Source: a virus (Duplodnaviria > Caudoviricetes). From it: a DNA stretch of 64,000 bases. Shown piece after piece: positions 48,865 through 58,995 of this stretch. Where the stretch lies: the IMG/VR virus record IMGVR_UViG_3300031784_000006; one strand, 5' to 3'. The notes beneath the pieces were generated by a model. It was not told the DNA's origin and did no database searches. It saw only the letters and a program-made list of their open reading frames with translations. How positions within the stretch are numbered: position 1 is the stretch's first letter; each line of letters starts with the position of its first letter. Made by a program: the position numbers and the translations under genes.

Positions 48865-49497
48865 TTATAAAACCCACACTATTTGATATCCCTCATAAAC
48901 AAGAGTTGCTCCAATATCATCCATGAAGTCTTTTACATAATTTCCTTTACCAATTTTAAATTCAGTAAAGAAAGCATCATGATCGTCAACGGCAACTATA
49001 GAACCACTCTTGAGTTTATCTATAGAGGCGCATAATTCTTTCACATGATGAAGTTGCGATGGATGAGGATTGTCTTTTTCAATATCGTAAGAATCCAGAT
49101 ATAAGAAATCAATTTTTCTATCTTTAGGGAGATTCCACAAAAACTTCACGGAATCAGAGCAGAAAACTTTTGTTTTTTCGGAAACAAGGTTGCGACAATA
49201 AGAGACATTATTGATATTAATATCAACAGAATTAACTTCCCCATCATAATGATTAATGAACTGATCGAAAATGTATGTCGATGCGCCATCATCACCAAAT
49301 GCAAGATGTCCGTGGTCTGATCTTGTTGTACCAGTTTCTACAAGATAAAAAGTCTTATCATCTTTTTGTTCTAACAATTCAAATATTTTTAGAAAACTAT
49401 CTGCTCGGTTACGTACAGGATTATTGCCTGCGGGAGATAGCATTTTTTGGTAGAATTCGTTTTTAAAAATTTCAGAGAACTTCATATTATTATCCAT
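48865..49497 (-). CDS. Class I SAM-dependent methyltransferase-like protein
   Basis: VETGT; SVDI; DSVKFL; IDFLYLDS; VDD. Confidence 0.7.
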   Translation of the reverse strand: MDNNMKFSEIFKNEFYQKMLSPAGNNPVRNRADSFLKIFELLEQKDDKTFYLVETGTTRSDHGHLAFGDDGASTYIFDQFINHYDGEVNSVDININNVSYCRNLVSEKTKVFCSDSVKFLWNLPKDRKIDFLYLDSYDIEKDNPHPSQLHHVKELCASIDKLKSGSIVAVDDHDAFFTEFKIGKGNYVKDFMDDIGATLVYEGYQIVWVL

Positions 49498-50291
49498 TTG
49501 TCTGGGTATAAATCTTTTGTATTTTTGTCGGCATTATTTGGACCAAACCACTTAGAAGGAGCAATAACTTGTTCACTATTAGATAACCAAGCGCCCCACC
49601 AACTGAAGGTGCTATTTGCAATTATATGATATTTACAAAGAGACATCAAGCACATATCAATATAACTACTATTCTTTTCAGAAATCAAAAAACGTTCGCC
49701 AACAAATAGTTCTTGAGAACTACACCATTCTGGGTCATCCGAAAATACAATAACATCCAGATTACTATCAAAATGATCTAGGGCTTTCTTATAATAATCC
49801 ATGCCAAGATTATAGTGATTCCCAGAATTTATAAGAAAATCACCTCTCCGAATATGAAGGGATATGGGAGTTTTCATATTTTCCATAATTTCTTTACATG
49901 GTTTGAGAATATTTTGTTTGAATGTAAAATCCTCTCTTATCTGCTCTCCTATTGCAGAAAACCACTTCTCGGACTGAAAAAATCCATACAAAGAAACCTC
50001 ATTAGAACAATGATTATATAAATCGGCATCAAAATGAAATTGCTTTTCGATTACTAAAGGTGCGTGTCCTTGGTCTAATATAAAAATATTTTTTGCATTC
50101 AAACCACAAAGTTCAAAGCAATCAAACAATTCAATTCTTAATTTATTTCCCAAAGAATCCACAACTACTTCATTATGGTTTGGTATGCACCACTCATAAT
50201 TTTTATTTGCTGCTATACCACGCAAAGCTGCATATTGAAACATTTGATTTCCAAGTTGCCCCAATTTACCCAAATGATTAAATGCTAACAT
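49482..50291 (-). CDS. Glycosyltransferase family 11 (alpha-1,2-fucosyltransferase-like)
   Basis: GQLGNQMFQYA; HIRRGD; FSDDPEW; NSTFSWWGAWL. Confidence 0.9.
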   Translation of the reverse strand: MLAFNHLGKLGQLGNQMFQYAALRGIAANKNYEWCIPNHNEVVVDSLGNKLRIELFDCFELCGLNAKNIFILDQGHAPLVIEKQFHFDADLYNHCSNEVSLYGFFQSEKWFSAIGEQIREDFTFKQNILKPCKEIMENMKTPISLHIRRGDFLINSGNHYNLGMDYYKKALDHFDSNLDVIVFSDDPEWCSSQELFVGERFLISEKNSSYIDMCLMSLCKYHIIANSTFSWWGAWLSNSEQVIAPSKWFGPNNADKNTKDLYPDKWIII

Positions 50292-50292
50292 T

Positions 50293-51087
50293 TTACATTC
50301 TTTCCCTCAAATAATTTTGACTTAAATAATAATTTTTCAAAGTATCTTTATCCTGTCTTCGAATCCACTGCCAAAGATCGTGATTATCATGATACTTTGG
50401 ATTGTGATAATGGGAATTGTGAGTTCTTTCATGTTCAAAGTGATAGATATAATCTAAAACTCTCTGTATTCTATACCCAAATAAACTAAAACGAAAATAA
50501 AATTCAGAATCTTCTTCGCCCCAAGATAAAAAATTTTCATTCCATAATCCACCGGATATTACTGCTTTTTTAGAATAAAACTGAGTCCACCCAATGCTAG
50601 ATGCTTGCAATTTGCGATTGTTAGTCAATTTAGAAATATCAAAAGATTTAGTAAAATCTTCATATAATTCTTGAGAATAATCAACCTGATATTGAAAAGC
50701 ACCGCAACCATATGGATATACAATATCTGCTTCATCATTACTAATTAAGTCATATGCAGCTTGATGACTCTCTTTAGAATAAACAACATCAATATCATGA
50801 CTACAAATTACATCAGTATCTGCATTAATAATTGAATCATTTAAAATTTTTGTTTTATGGAAAATTGGATCATCATTCTTTTCAAAAATATGAGTAAGAT
50901 TATTGATAGAAACAAGTTCCCTAATCTTGGGCAATGCTTGTTGAGAAAAGACAGACTCAGAATCTACTTCATTTACCAAGACAGTTGCATCTGGAAAATT
51001 GTGAAGTAAATACGAGACTGATGTAATTATATTTTTAAGCCTATCATTAGACTCAATTCTGGTAGGTAAAATATATGTTAGATTCAT
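50293..51087 (-). CDS. GT-A glycosyltransferase (GT2/GT7-like)
   Basis: HDID; GLWNENF.SWG.EDSE; HFEH. Confidence 0.8.
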   Translation of the reverse strand: MNLTYILPTRIESNDRLKNIITSVSYLLHNFPDATVLVNEVDSESVFSQQALPKIRELVSINNLTHIFEKNDDPIFHKTKILNDSIINADTDVICSHDIDVVYSKESHQAAYDLISNDEADIVYPYGCGAFQYQVDYSQELYEDFTKSFDISKLTNNRKLQASSIGWTQFYSKKAVISGGLWNENFLSWGEEDSEFYFRFSLFGYRIQRVLDYIYHFEHERTHNSHYHNPKYHDNHDLWQWIRRQDKDTLKNYYLSQNYLRERM

Positions 51088-51911
51088 TTTAATACTCTAT
51101 TTTGGTTATGATTTTCTCCAAGAAGAATATCTTGATGCCTTTCAAAAACGATTCTAGTATTCTTATGATGTGCTTTCAATAACCAAGATGCGGGATTTCT
51201 TCCATCTGGGCGAGTGCTTCCCCATGTATTATCAGACTCATAATCAATCCAATAAGCACCTACAACTTTACCAAGTTGTTTAAACGCTCTATAACATAAG
51301 TCTGCATCATCTTGGTCTTGAGGAGCAAACACTTCATCAAAATAATTTAATTTTATTAAATCTGCATGGTCCAACATTAAAGGACCACGACAGACATTAT
51401 TTCTTACAGCAAAAATATTTCTACTTAAACCTTCATCTCTGTTTGTATGAGATTCATATCCAAATATATCACTCCAACAATTATCAATTTGCAAATCATC
51501 TTCTTTATTCATTCTAATATGAATACTATTTTGGTTTATCCTATAATTAAATGCAGAACGAGAAGTGACACCAAAAACATCAATAAATTCTTCAAATGGT
51601 TTTTCAAGTCTCTTGTTCCATCCAGATTCTTTAACAATCATATCATCTTGAACGATGATTACTTTATCACCTTCACATTCTTTTAGTCCTGCATTATTAG
51701 CCTTGGTTTCAAAAACATCAGGAGTGCATACTGTTTTTGTTTTTATATTAGGATTTGAATCAACAAAATTTTGCCATATAGATTCAGACTCATCCGAGCA
51801 TCCATCAAGAACTACAACCAGTTCATAATTTTCTACAGTATTTTCTTTTATACCATTAAGAACATTTGGTAACAACCACCCTTTATTATGAACTGTCAAT
51901 ACTATACTATG
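51084..51911 (-). CDS. Glycosyltransferase family 2
   Basis: SIVL.VHN; VVLDGCSD; QDDM; DDAD. Confidence 0.8.
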   Translation of the reverse strand, partial: HSIVLTVHNKGWLLPNVLNGIKENTVENYELVVVLDGCSDESESIWQNFVDSNPNIKTKTVCTPDVFETKANNAGLKECEGDKVIIVQDDMIVKESGWNKRLEKPFEEFIDVFGVTSRSAFNYRINQNSIHIRMNKEDDLQIDNCWSDIFGYESHTNRDEGLSRNIFAVRNNVCRGPLMLDHADLIKLNYFDEVFAPQDQDDADLCYRAFKQLGKVVGAYWIDYESDNTWGSTRPDGRNPASWLLKAHHKNTRIVFERHQDILLGENHNQNRVLK

Positions 51912-53470
51912 CATCCACTTTCTCCCCAATTGTAAACGCCATTAGAATACTCTACGCCATCTTTATGCTCTAAAACATTCCATTGAATGTAGTGTCTAAC
52001 ACCAGTATGACCCATAACACATGGAAGATTATATTTGAGTTGCAAATTTGTCACAATACTTTGGTCGTGTCTGTGGTCTACAAACCCATCGAAATTTTCC
52101 AATCCACACTGATTTGGAATATCAGTAACAACTCTTTCATCACGACAATACTCTAACCATTCATTTAGAAAATCAATATTTTTTTGCGTTTTTCTAAATG
52201 CTAAAAACCCATCCTCAAGTTGAATAGAATTCCAATACTTTTCTTCATCACAACCCATATAGTAAAAGCAGTCTCTTTTAGTAAACCACTTATTGACTCC
52301 AGTGTGATTTTGAGAGACAAAATATTGGTCATAGTCTTTCATATATTCGATTATACATTCTTTGATTCCTTTTAGAGGAATATCTCCACAATCCATGTAA
52401 GCGACAATATCACCATATTCAACATCATCTAAAGCCTTTAGAAGGATAAAAGGTTTCCAAAGAGCGTATCCAGATAATCTATCTTTATTCAATATAGATT
52501 TATTTTGAGTATAGAAGTCAGTAGTTTCCAACCACTCTCTAGTAAAGGTTCGAGTAAAATCAAAGATTTCGTTATCAGTGACGTGCTTAATCAAAAACTC
52601 CCTATGCTCTTGATAATTGGCATCAGAGTAATTAATATAGGTAATTTTTGATTGAGAATTCATTCTTTTAATATAGTAAGTCTGATTTTTATAATACTCA
52701 ACTATATCATCTCTTGACATAGTTTTAATTTTTTCCCATTCTGCATTATTGTTTTGCATATAGGGATTGGTAAAGTAAGAGTTTGAAGTTCTCTTATGCT
52801 CCAAATGATATACTTTATCATTTATCCTGGAAACTTTATAACCTAGGGTATTAAACCGATAAAACCTTTCTACATCTTCTGGAGCATATGAAACAAAGTT
52901 TTCATTTTCCAATCCACCTTCAATATATACTTTTCTATTGAAAAATTGACAAAAACCATACTTAGCATCATAGTTCCTAGATTTTGATTCTAGGATACTA
53001 AATTTAAAATCGTCATTCAAGAAATCAGAAACTAATTCATCGTCAGCAAATACTTGCTTCTGATACATTCCATCACCATAAGGATAAACTACATCAGAAC
53101 TTCCATCAAGAATCAAATTATAAGCACTCGCATAAGATTGAATTGGAAGAAGAATATCGCAATCATAGTTAACTACAATTTCTGTAGTTGATTCCATTAT
53201 CATGTCATTTAAAATTCTTTGACGATGAAATTCTGGAGACTGTGATTGTTCGAAGATGTGTTTTAAATCAGAGATATCTTCACAAAACTCTTCAATTTGG
53301 GGAAGAACTTGATCTAAAAATACCGAAGAAGAATCAACTTCCTTTACTACAATGTTCGTTTTAAAATTTGACAACAAAAAACAGAGTGAGGTGATTGCGT
53401 TCCTCACTCTATCATCAGTTTCAAGTCTGATTGGAATTATGAATGTAGATTTGGATAAATCAATTTTCAT
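51902..53470 (-). CDS. Two-domain glycosyltransferase (GT2/GT7-like plus second GT-like domain)
   Basis: N-half paralogous to 50293..51087 (YDCD, NENFVSYAPED); C-half WKP.I ... YMDCG ... HRHDQS. Confidence 0.75.
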   Translation of the reverse strand: MKIDLSKSTFIIPIRLETDDRVRNAITSLCFLLSNFKTNIVVKEVDSSSVFLDQVLPQIEEFCEDISDLKHIFEQSQSPEFHRQRILNDMIMESTTEIVVNYDCDILLPIQSYASAYNLILDGSSDVVYPYGDGMYQKQVFADDELVSDFLNDDFKFSILESKSRNYDAKYGFCQFFNRKVYIEGGLENENFVSYAPEDVERFYRFNTLGYKVSRINDKVYHLEHKRTSNSYFTNPYMQNNNAEWEKIKTMSRDDIVEYYKNQTYYIKRMNSQSKITYINYSDANYQEHREFLIKHVTDNEIFDFTRTFTREWLETTDFYTQNKSILNKDRLSGYALWKPFILLKALDDVEYGDIVAYMDCGDIPLKGIKECIIEYMKDYDQYFVSQNHTGVNKWFTKRDCFYYMGCDEEKYWNSIQLEDGFLAFRKTQKNIDFLNEWLEYCRDERVVTDIPNQCGLENFDGFVDHRHDQSIVTNLQLKYNLPCVMGHTGVRHYIQWNVLEHKDGVEYSNGVYNWGESGCIV

Positions 53471-54371
53471 CTATGCGAACCCATTTTTCAGGAATAATAT
53501 CTGAAGTATCATTGAAAGATAACTTAGGACCAAACCAATTAGTCGGTGCTACAACTGTTTTATCTTTGGACTTTTGAAGCCAAGCGCCCCACCAACCAAG
53601 ACTACTTGGAGATAGAATTGCGCCGTTACAGAGTGACATTAAACATAGGTCCGTGTATGGAACTAAAGAATTTCTATACTGTCCATCACCCTCCTGACAT
53701 TTATGAGAATATTTTTCTACACCATCGTTCATCAAGAATCTATCATCAGAGAAAAATTCTTGTTGACGACACCACTCAATGTCATCAGAGCAAACAAGAA
53801 CATTAACATTCGAATCAAAGTTCTCTAGTGCTCTATTATAATAATCAAAACTCAAAATAGGGTGATAGTCTTCTCTACCAACATTATCACCTCTTCGTAC
53901 ATGTAGAAAAATAACATCCCCTACAGATGAAATAAATTCTTGGCATGGATTTAAAATGTCATCAATAAATTCAAAATCTTCTCTAATTTCATCTTCAATA
54001 TGAAGAAAATACTTTTCAGTTTGTAGGAATCCATCAACGTTTGTATTGTCTGCAATGTTATTGAAAAGGTCTTCATCAAATGCAAAAGTGCTTTCTGTTA
54101 CATTTTTAGTATCAGGATTATTTTTACACAGACTCTCGAAACTATAACAATCATTGACTGTTACTCTTTCATTAATAAATCCAATATTATTTTCTCTCAA
54201 ATTTTTGAGTTTAAATGGATGATGGATTCCATAATTAGCAAGAGTCTGCTGTTCGTCTGGAGGAATACACCAATCAAATCCACGGTTAGCAGCTATTCCC
54301 CTAAGAGATGCATACTGAAAAAGTTGATTTCCAAATCGACCATTTGTTCCTAGTCTATCGTATCCAATCAT
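53460..54371 (-). CDS. Glycosyltransferase family 11, second copy
   Basis: GRFGNQLFQYA; HVRRGD; SSLGWWGAWL. Confidence 0.88.
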   Translation of the reverse strand: MIGYDRLGTNGRFGNQLFQYASLRGIAANRGFDWCIPPDEQQTLANYGIHHPFKLKNLRENNIGFINERVTVNDCYSFESLCKNNPDTKNVTESTFAFDEDLFNNIADNTNVDGFLQTEKYFLHIEDEIREDFEFIDDILNPCQEFISSVGDVIFLHVRRGDNVGREDYHPILSFDYYNRALENFDSNVNVLVCSDDIEWCRQQEFFSDDRFLMNDGVEKYSHKCQEGDGQYRNSLVPYTDLCLMSLCNGAILSPSSLGWWGAWLQKSKDKTVVAPTNWFGPKLSFNDTSDIIPEKWVRIDEN

Positions 54372-55531
54372 AAATTTACAATAAAAATTGGTTCTGTAAT
54401 GTTATCGCTATTATCTACAAACTTAACTCTATCATCATATTTTTCATTTAAGTAATCATATACTTCATTAAAAATACGAGTATCATTGTGAATATAAACT
54501 CTATGTCCTCTATCTAGTAAATCAATACAAAGTCTATATTGTTGACTTTCTGTTAGAATATCTGTTCCTTTTTTATACGTAATATAATCAAAGTAAAATG
54601 GGTTTTTATTCTTGTTTATTTTGTCATAAAAATCACAGACAAATTTAGCATGTTGGTTATTAATCTCATCCGTGACTGTTCCCAAATTATACTCTAATCC
54701 AACATTTTTTGCAAACGTAGCAAATGCTCTGTTGTCCCTAGGAAGACAAGGACCACCATACCCTAAACCATAATTTAAGTATTTTCTACCAATTCGCGAG
54801 TCAGTTCCAACTGCAGAAAGAACTCCAATTACTTCATCACCACATCCTGACAGGTGAAGAACATCACCTAGCATGTTTGCATAACTGATTTTTGTAGTCA
54901 AATAACAATTAATTGCTATCTTTGTTATTTCTGCTGCTGTTGTAGACATGGTGCAAATGATTGCTCTTGAAGTTTGAATCTTTTGATACAAACTTCTAAT
55001 ATCTGAGATGATTTTTTCATCAGTATTATCCCAAGAATCAACTCCCAAAAGAACCATATCAGCATTGCGAAGGTCATTTACAATGGACCCCTGTGCTATG
55101 AATTCTGGATTGTAAAAAACTTTAATGTTATTTGGAAGTTGTTTTCTAAAATTATCACAATCACCAGGATTTACAGTACATCCAACTACAAAATATTTTC
55201 GACTGGTTATACTTTCTTCTTTGAAGTTTTCTACGATATTCCAAACAGATGAAATATCATAAGAACCATCCTCAAGAGAGGGTGTTGCAACTAAAGTATA
55301 AATTAGATCACACTCACGGATGACTTCTTTATTATCCGTGGTTGCTCTAAAATTTTTAGAAGACTTTAAAAGACTTTGAACCTCAGGTTCATTTGTTACT
55401 ATTTCTCTATTGTTAAGATTCTGAACATAATCTTCTCTAATGTCAGAGACAATAACATCGTATCCAGCTTGTTCGCAAAGAAGAGCAAAGCAAATTCCAA
55501 GTCTTCCCGCACCGATTACTCCAATTTTCAT
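54368..55531 (-). CDS. ugd: UDP-glucose/GDP-mannose 6-dehydrogenase family
   Basis: GAGRLG; YNPEF; KIAINCYL..KISYAN; GYGGPCLPRD. Confidence 0.9.
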   Translation of the reverse strand: MKIGVIGAGRLGICFALLCEQAGYDVIVSDIREDYVQNLNNREIVTNEPEVQSLLKSSKNFRATTDNKEVIRECDLIYTLVATPSLEDGSYDISSVWNIVENFKEESITSRKYFVVGCTVNPGDCDNFRKQLPNNIKVFYNPEFIAQGSIVNDLRNADMVLLGVDSWDNTDEKIISDIRSLYQKIQTSRAIICTMSTTAAEITKIAINCYLTTKISYANMLGDVLHLSGCGDEVIGVLSAVGTDSRIGRKYLNYGLGYGGPCLPRDNRAFATFAKNVGLEYNLGTVTDEINNQHAKFVCDFYDKINKNKNPFYFDYITYKKGTDILTESQQYRLCIDLLDRGHRVYIHNDTRIFNEVYDYLNEKYDDRVKFVDNSDNITEPIFIVNL

Positions 55532-56283
55532 AGTTTAAATGTAGGTATTGGTTCCATTTTATGTTTATTTTGGGCGTTGAATTTCTTAAGAATTTCTAGA
55601 GCAGGTCCAGTACCATACTCCATAGCTTCTTCTAGTTCTGCATAAGAAGCGCCAATTTGGTCTTCATCAGATCTACTATCCTCCCAAAGCCCGTCGGTTG
55701 GAGGAGCATCAATAATACGTTGGTCTACGCCAAGATATTTTCCCAGTTCCCATACTTCAGTCTTATAAAGATCTGCAATAGGGGCGATATCAACTCCACC
55801 GTCACCATATTTAGTATAAAATCCTACACCATAATCTTCAACTTTGTTTCCAGTACCAACAACAATACCACTTACAGAACCCGCAACTTGATATAGTGTA
55901 ACCATGCGAATACGAGACTTTGTATTCGCATTTGCCAATTGATTTGAAACAAACTGAGAATTAATTGATTCGAAAGAATTTACGAGTTGGTCATATGTAC
56001 TCGTTAAATCAATTCTAATCTTAGTAACATTATCATACTTATCTTCCAGTAAAGAACTATACTCATCAGACAAAGTATCATTCTTAGCACTAGAATGGAG
56101 TGGCATAGAAAGAACATAAGTTGGAAGACCGGTTTCTGCACAAAGAGTTGCTACAACAGCAGAATCAATTCCACCAGAAACTCCAACAACAAAAGACTTA
56201 ATAGTTGGATATTCTATGGCATAATCACCCAACCACTTAACAATATCAGTCTTTACCTTATTATAATCAGTAATTCTATTCAT
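55528..56283 (-). CDS. nadE: NH3-dependent NAD+ synthetase
   Basis: GVSGGIDS; N..SRIRM; GTGNKVE..GFYTKYGDG; PTDGLW...DE. Confidence 0.93.
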   Translation of the reverse strand: MNRITDYNKVKTDIVKWLGDYAIEYPTIKSFVVGVSGGIDSAVVATLCAETGLPTYVLSMPLHSSAKNDTLSDEYSSLLEDKYDNVTKIRIDLTSTYDQLVNSFESINSQFVSNQLANANTKSRIRMVTLYQVAGSVSGIVVGTGNKVEDYGVGFYTKYGDGGVDIAPIADLYKTEVWELGKYLGVDQRIIDAPPTDGLWEDSRSDEDQIGASYAELEEAMEYGTGPALEILKKFNAQNKHKMEPIPTFKL

Positions 56284-57206
56284 GACTCATTGTAAATTTT
56301 ATTGATCGTTTTTAAGAAGTTTTCAATAACACTATAATATGTTCCTTTAGATTTTGCAAACAACTTTCCTTGTTTTTGTTTTTCTAAACGTGCTTCTTCA
56401 TTGTTTAGATAATACTCCACTTTTTTTTCCAAGTCAGTATAATCCGAAACATAAACTGCAACACCATCAGTTGCATCTACAGCCATTTCACAATCAGTTA
56501 AAACTACACAACCGTAAGCAATGCCCTCAAATACTCTTTCTGTAGGTAGACCATTTTTAATATTATCGTCGGAGTTAAACCCTAGACAAATTTTAGAACC
56601 TAGAAAAGCGTTTCGGATACGTTCAGATTCATCAAGAAATGGAGGCCAATAATGAATAAAGCAATTATATTTTTGTTCTAACTTACGAGACCATTCCTCC
56701 TTATAGTTGCATCCCGAAAATCCACAATCATACTCATCAGTTCTTTGGGATAGAATATAATCAATATCATTTGGATTAATACTGGCAGCAAAAGGAAGAG
56801 AAACATAATTTGGATGATTTACATATTCCCTGAAGTGCTCTCCAAAATATGAAAAATCAGGATCTCTATAATACTCTCCAGTAAAAATATACTTTTTGAA
56901 TGGAAAGTCTTTTTCTTTATAGTGATTATTCAATACATTATGGAAAGTCCAAAAAATCCAAGTAGTTTTTTGAAACTTATTTGCCAAATAATCAAAGTAG
57001 TCCATCCAATTAGAACTTCTTTGATCATAAAAGTTATCACACATCAAGAATATTTGATCTTCAGAATCTTCGATTTCTTCAAAGTTTTTTAAATCATATG
57101 CTTCAAGACCATATAAAGAAAAACCATTCACAAATTTCATACTCATCAAATAGTGAGTACCCTTTGTCGGATACTCACTTGTATTAACAAGGTATATTTT
57201 TTTCAT
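56280..57206 (-). CDS. GT-B glycosyltransferase (CgeB-like C-terminus)
   Basis: KICLGFN ... TERVFEG.A.G..VLTD ... YYL.NEE.R. Confidence 0.7.
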   Translation of the reverse strand: MKKIYLVNTSEYPTKGTHYLMSMKFVNGFSLYGLEAYDLKNFEEIEDSEDQIFLMCDNFYDQRSSNWMDYFDYLANKFQKTTWIFWTFHNVLNNHYKEKDFPFKKYIFTGEYYRDPDFSYFGEHFREYVNHPNYVSLPFAASINPNDIDYILSQRTDEYDCGFSGCNYKEEWSRKLEQKYNCFIHYWPPFLDESERIRNAFLGSKICLGFNSDDNIKNGLPTERVFEGIAYGCVVLTDCEMAVDATDGVAVYVSDYTDLEKKVEYYLNNEEARLEKQKQGKLFAKSKGTYYSVIENFLKTINKIYNES

Positions 57207-57208
57207 TA

Positions 57209-58276
57209 TCAAGAAGAAGTTTTGGAGTCTTTTTTCAGAATTTGATTTTTAATCCAAGAATAAGTTTTAGCAATTCCATCTTCAAGTGCCTGAGAATAAT
57301 CCCATCCCAGTTTTTCACGAATCAAATCATTATTTGAATTACGTCCACGAACTCCAAGAGGGGCATCTAAAATATGTTCTTTACCTACCACTTTATCAGC
57401 AACTTTGGCAGCAGTATCAACAAGTTGATTGATAGTTACCATTTCTTCAGAACCAATATTAACTGGTCCCATAAAATCACTATCCATCAATCTGCGGGTT
57501 GCTTCAATGCATTCATCAATATACAAGAAGGAACGAGTTTGTAGGCCATCTCCCCACACTTCGATGGTTCCACCTTCCTCAGGAAGATAGGCAACTTTAC
57601 GGCAGATTGCTGCTGGCGCTTTTTCTCTACCTCCTTCCCAAGTTCCCTCTGGTCCAAAGATATTATGATACCTAGCAACCCGAACAGGGATCCTATAATT
57701 ACGATTATAAGCGAAAAACAACCGCTCTGAGAACAACTTCTCCCAACCATATTCAGAATCTGGATTTGCGGGGTATGCTGAATCTTCACGGCAATCTGGA
57801 TTATCTGGGTCTAATTGATTGTGTTCTGGATACATACAAGCAGAACTAGAGTAAAAAATCTTAGTTTTGTTTACTCCCTTAAAGTCATTCAACTGTCTCT
57901 GAGACTCAAGGACATTCAAATTAATACTTGCAGAATTATGCATAATGTCAGCATCATTCTCACCAGAAAAAACAAATCCTGCACCACCCATATCAGCAGC
58001 AAACTGATAGATTTCATCAAAAGTATCAATATATTGAGATGCTACAAAGTGATAGAAATTGCCGAGATATCCTTTAAACTGAAGCACTCTTTCCACAAAA
58101 TTAGCGTCTCTCAAATCCCCCTGAACAAACTCATTTGCCTCAGAAATTGAAAATTCAGGATATTTAAGATCTACACCACGGACCCAATACCCTTCTGCCC
58201 GCAGTCTTTTTACCATGTGGCTTCCAATAAAACCACCAGCACCAAGAACAAGTGCTGTTTTCTTATAGTCACTCAT
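57209..58276 (-). CDS. GDP-mannose 3,5-epimerase-like NAD-dependent epimerase
   Basis: GAGGFIG; AADMGG.GF; SSACMYP; YGWEK; REKAPAAICRK. Confidence 0.88.
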   Translation of the reverse strand: MSDYKKTALVLGAGGFIGSHMVKRLRAEGYWVRGVDLKYPEFSISEANEFVQGDLRDANFVERVLQFKGYLGNFYHFVASQYIDTFDEIYQFAADMGGAGFVFSGENDADIMHNSASINLNVLESQRQLNDFKGVNKTKIFYSSSACMYPEHNQLDPDNPDCREDSAYPANPDSEYGWEKLFSERLFFAYNRNYRIPVRVARYHNIFGPEGTWEGGREKAPAAICRKVAYLPEEGGTIEVWGDGLQTRSFLYIDECIEATRRLMDSDFMGPVNIGSEEMVTINQLVDTAAKVADKVVGKEHILDAPLGVRGRNSNNDLIREKLGWDYSQALEDGIAKTYSWIKNQILKKDSKTSS

Positions 58277-58302
58277 AGATGAATAAATTACTCTTAGTAT
58301 AT

Positions 58303-58339
58303 ATTATATAAAAAAAGGTGGGTTTATGCAACCCACCTT
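58303..58339 (-). terminator. Terminator overlapping the epimerase-operon sigma70 promoter
   Basis: AAGGTGGGT/ACCCACCTT plus T7; TTGCAT-17-TATAAT. Confidence 0.8.
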
Positions 58340-58340
58340 C

Positions 58341-58470
58341 GCAATTCAGGCTCGCCACCAATTCTTTGACTGGAAATTGGAAACCAGGCGGGAGAGAGTC
58401 CCATCCGCACCACTTGCTCTTGAGAGAAGCAAGAAACTCATAGGGGTCATTTTGACTCCACCACTTAGTT
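58341..58470 (-). ncRNA. Cyanophage wcaG/manA-class structured RNA
   Basis: Repeated GTTTC-stem-loop-stem-GTGGYG units upstream of a sugar epimerase. Confidence 0.65.
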
Positions 58471-58698
58471 TTGTGAAACTAAGAAAATTTGGGTTAACTT
58501 TGATATCTCGGTAATACCAAAGAATGCACATAAGAATAGTACATCCCAAAGTTTAAGTTTAATAGCAAAGGGTACTGTGAGTAATCCTCCAACAACCTTT
58601 ATCATTAAACCATATTTAAATTCTCCCCATAACATAGTTTGATAACCAATGATGAGGAGAATATTCCCAATCCACCGAAGCAAATCAGATTTAGACAT
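58465..58698 (-). CDS. Small membrane protein (77 aa)
   Basis: Several hydrophobic segments; GGAG-like context not checked. Confidence 0.6.
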   Translation of the reverse strand: MSKSDLLRWIGNILLIIGYQTMLWGEFKYGLMIKVVGGLLTVPFAIKLKLWDVLFLCAFFGITEISKLTQIFLVSQN

Positions 58699-58746
58699 AA
58701 GGGGTTTTGCTCCCGACCAGTGCTGTTAAAGTCCATCCGTGACTAT

Positions 58747-58995
58747 TTACTCATCATCGTCTCTCACATAACAAGGGACCCTATCAGGGTCTAACCATTT
58801 CGCATATTCAATGTCTTCCATAGCAGTAGAACATTGTAGAACATTATCAAAAAGATAAATGTCATTCCAGCGTTTGGTGTATTCGTTTTGCTTTTGCATA
58901 CGATAATCAGGTTTACCGTTGATTTCAAGAATACCAACTTCTACAAATCGATATCCTTCACGTTCTAAAAGGACTTTAGGAAGTCGTGTTGTCAT
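58747..58995 (-). CDS. Conserved hypothetical protein
   Basis: Co-oriented ORF. Confidence 0.6.
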   Translation of the reverse strand: MTTRLPKVLLEREGYRFVEVGILEINGKPDYRMQKQNEYTKRWNDIYLFDNVLQCSTAMEDIEYAKWLDPDRVPCYVRDDDE

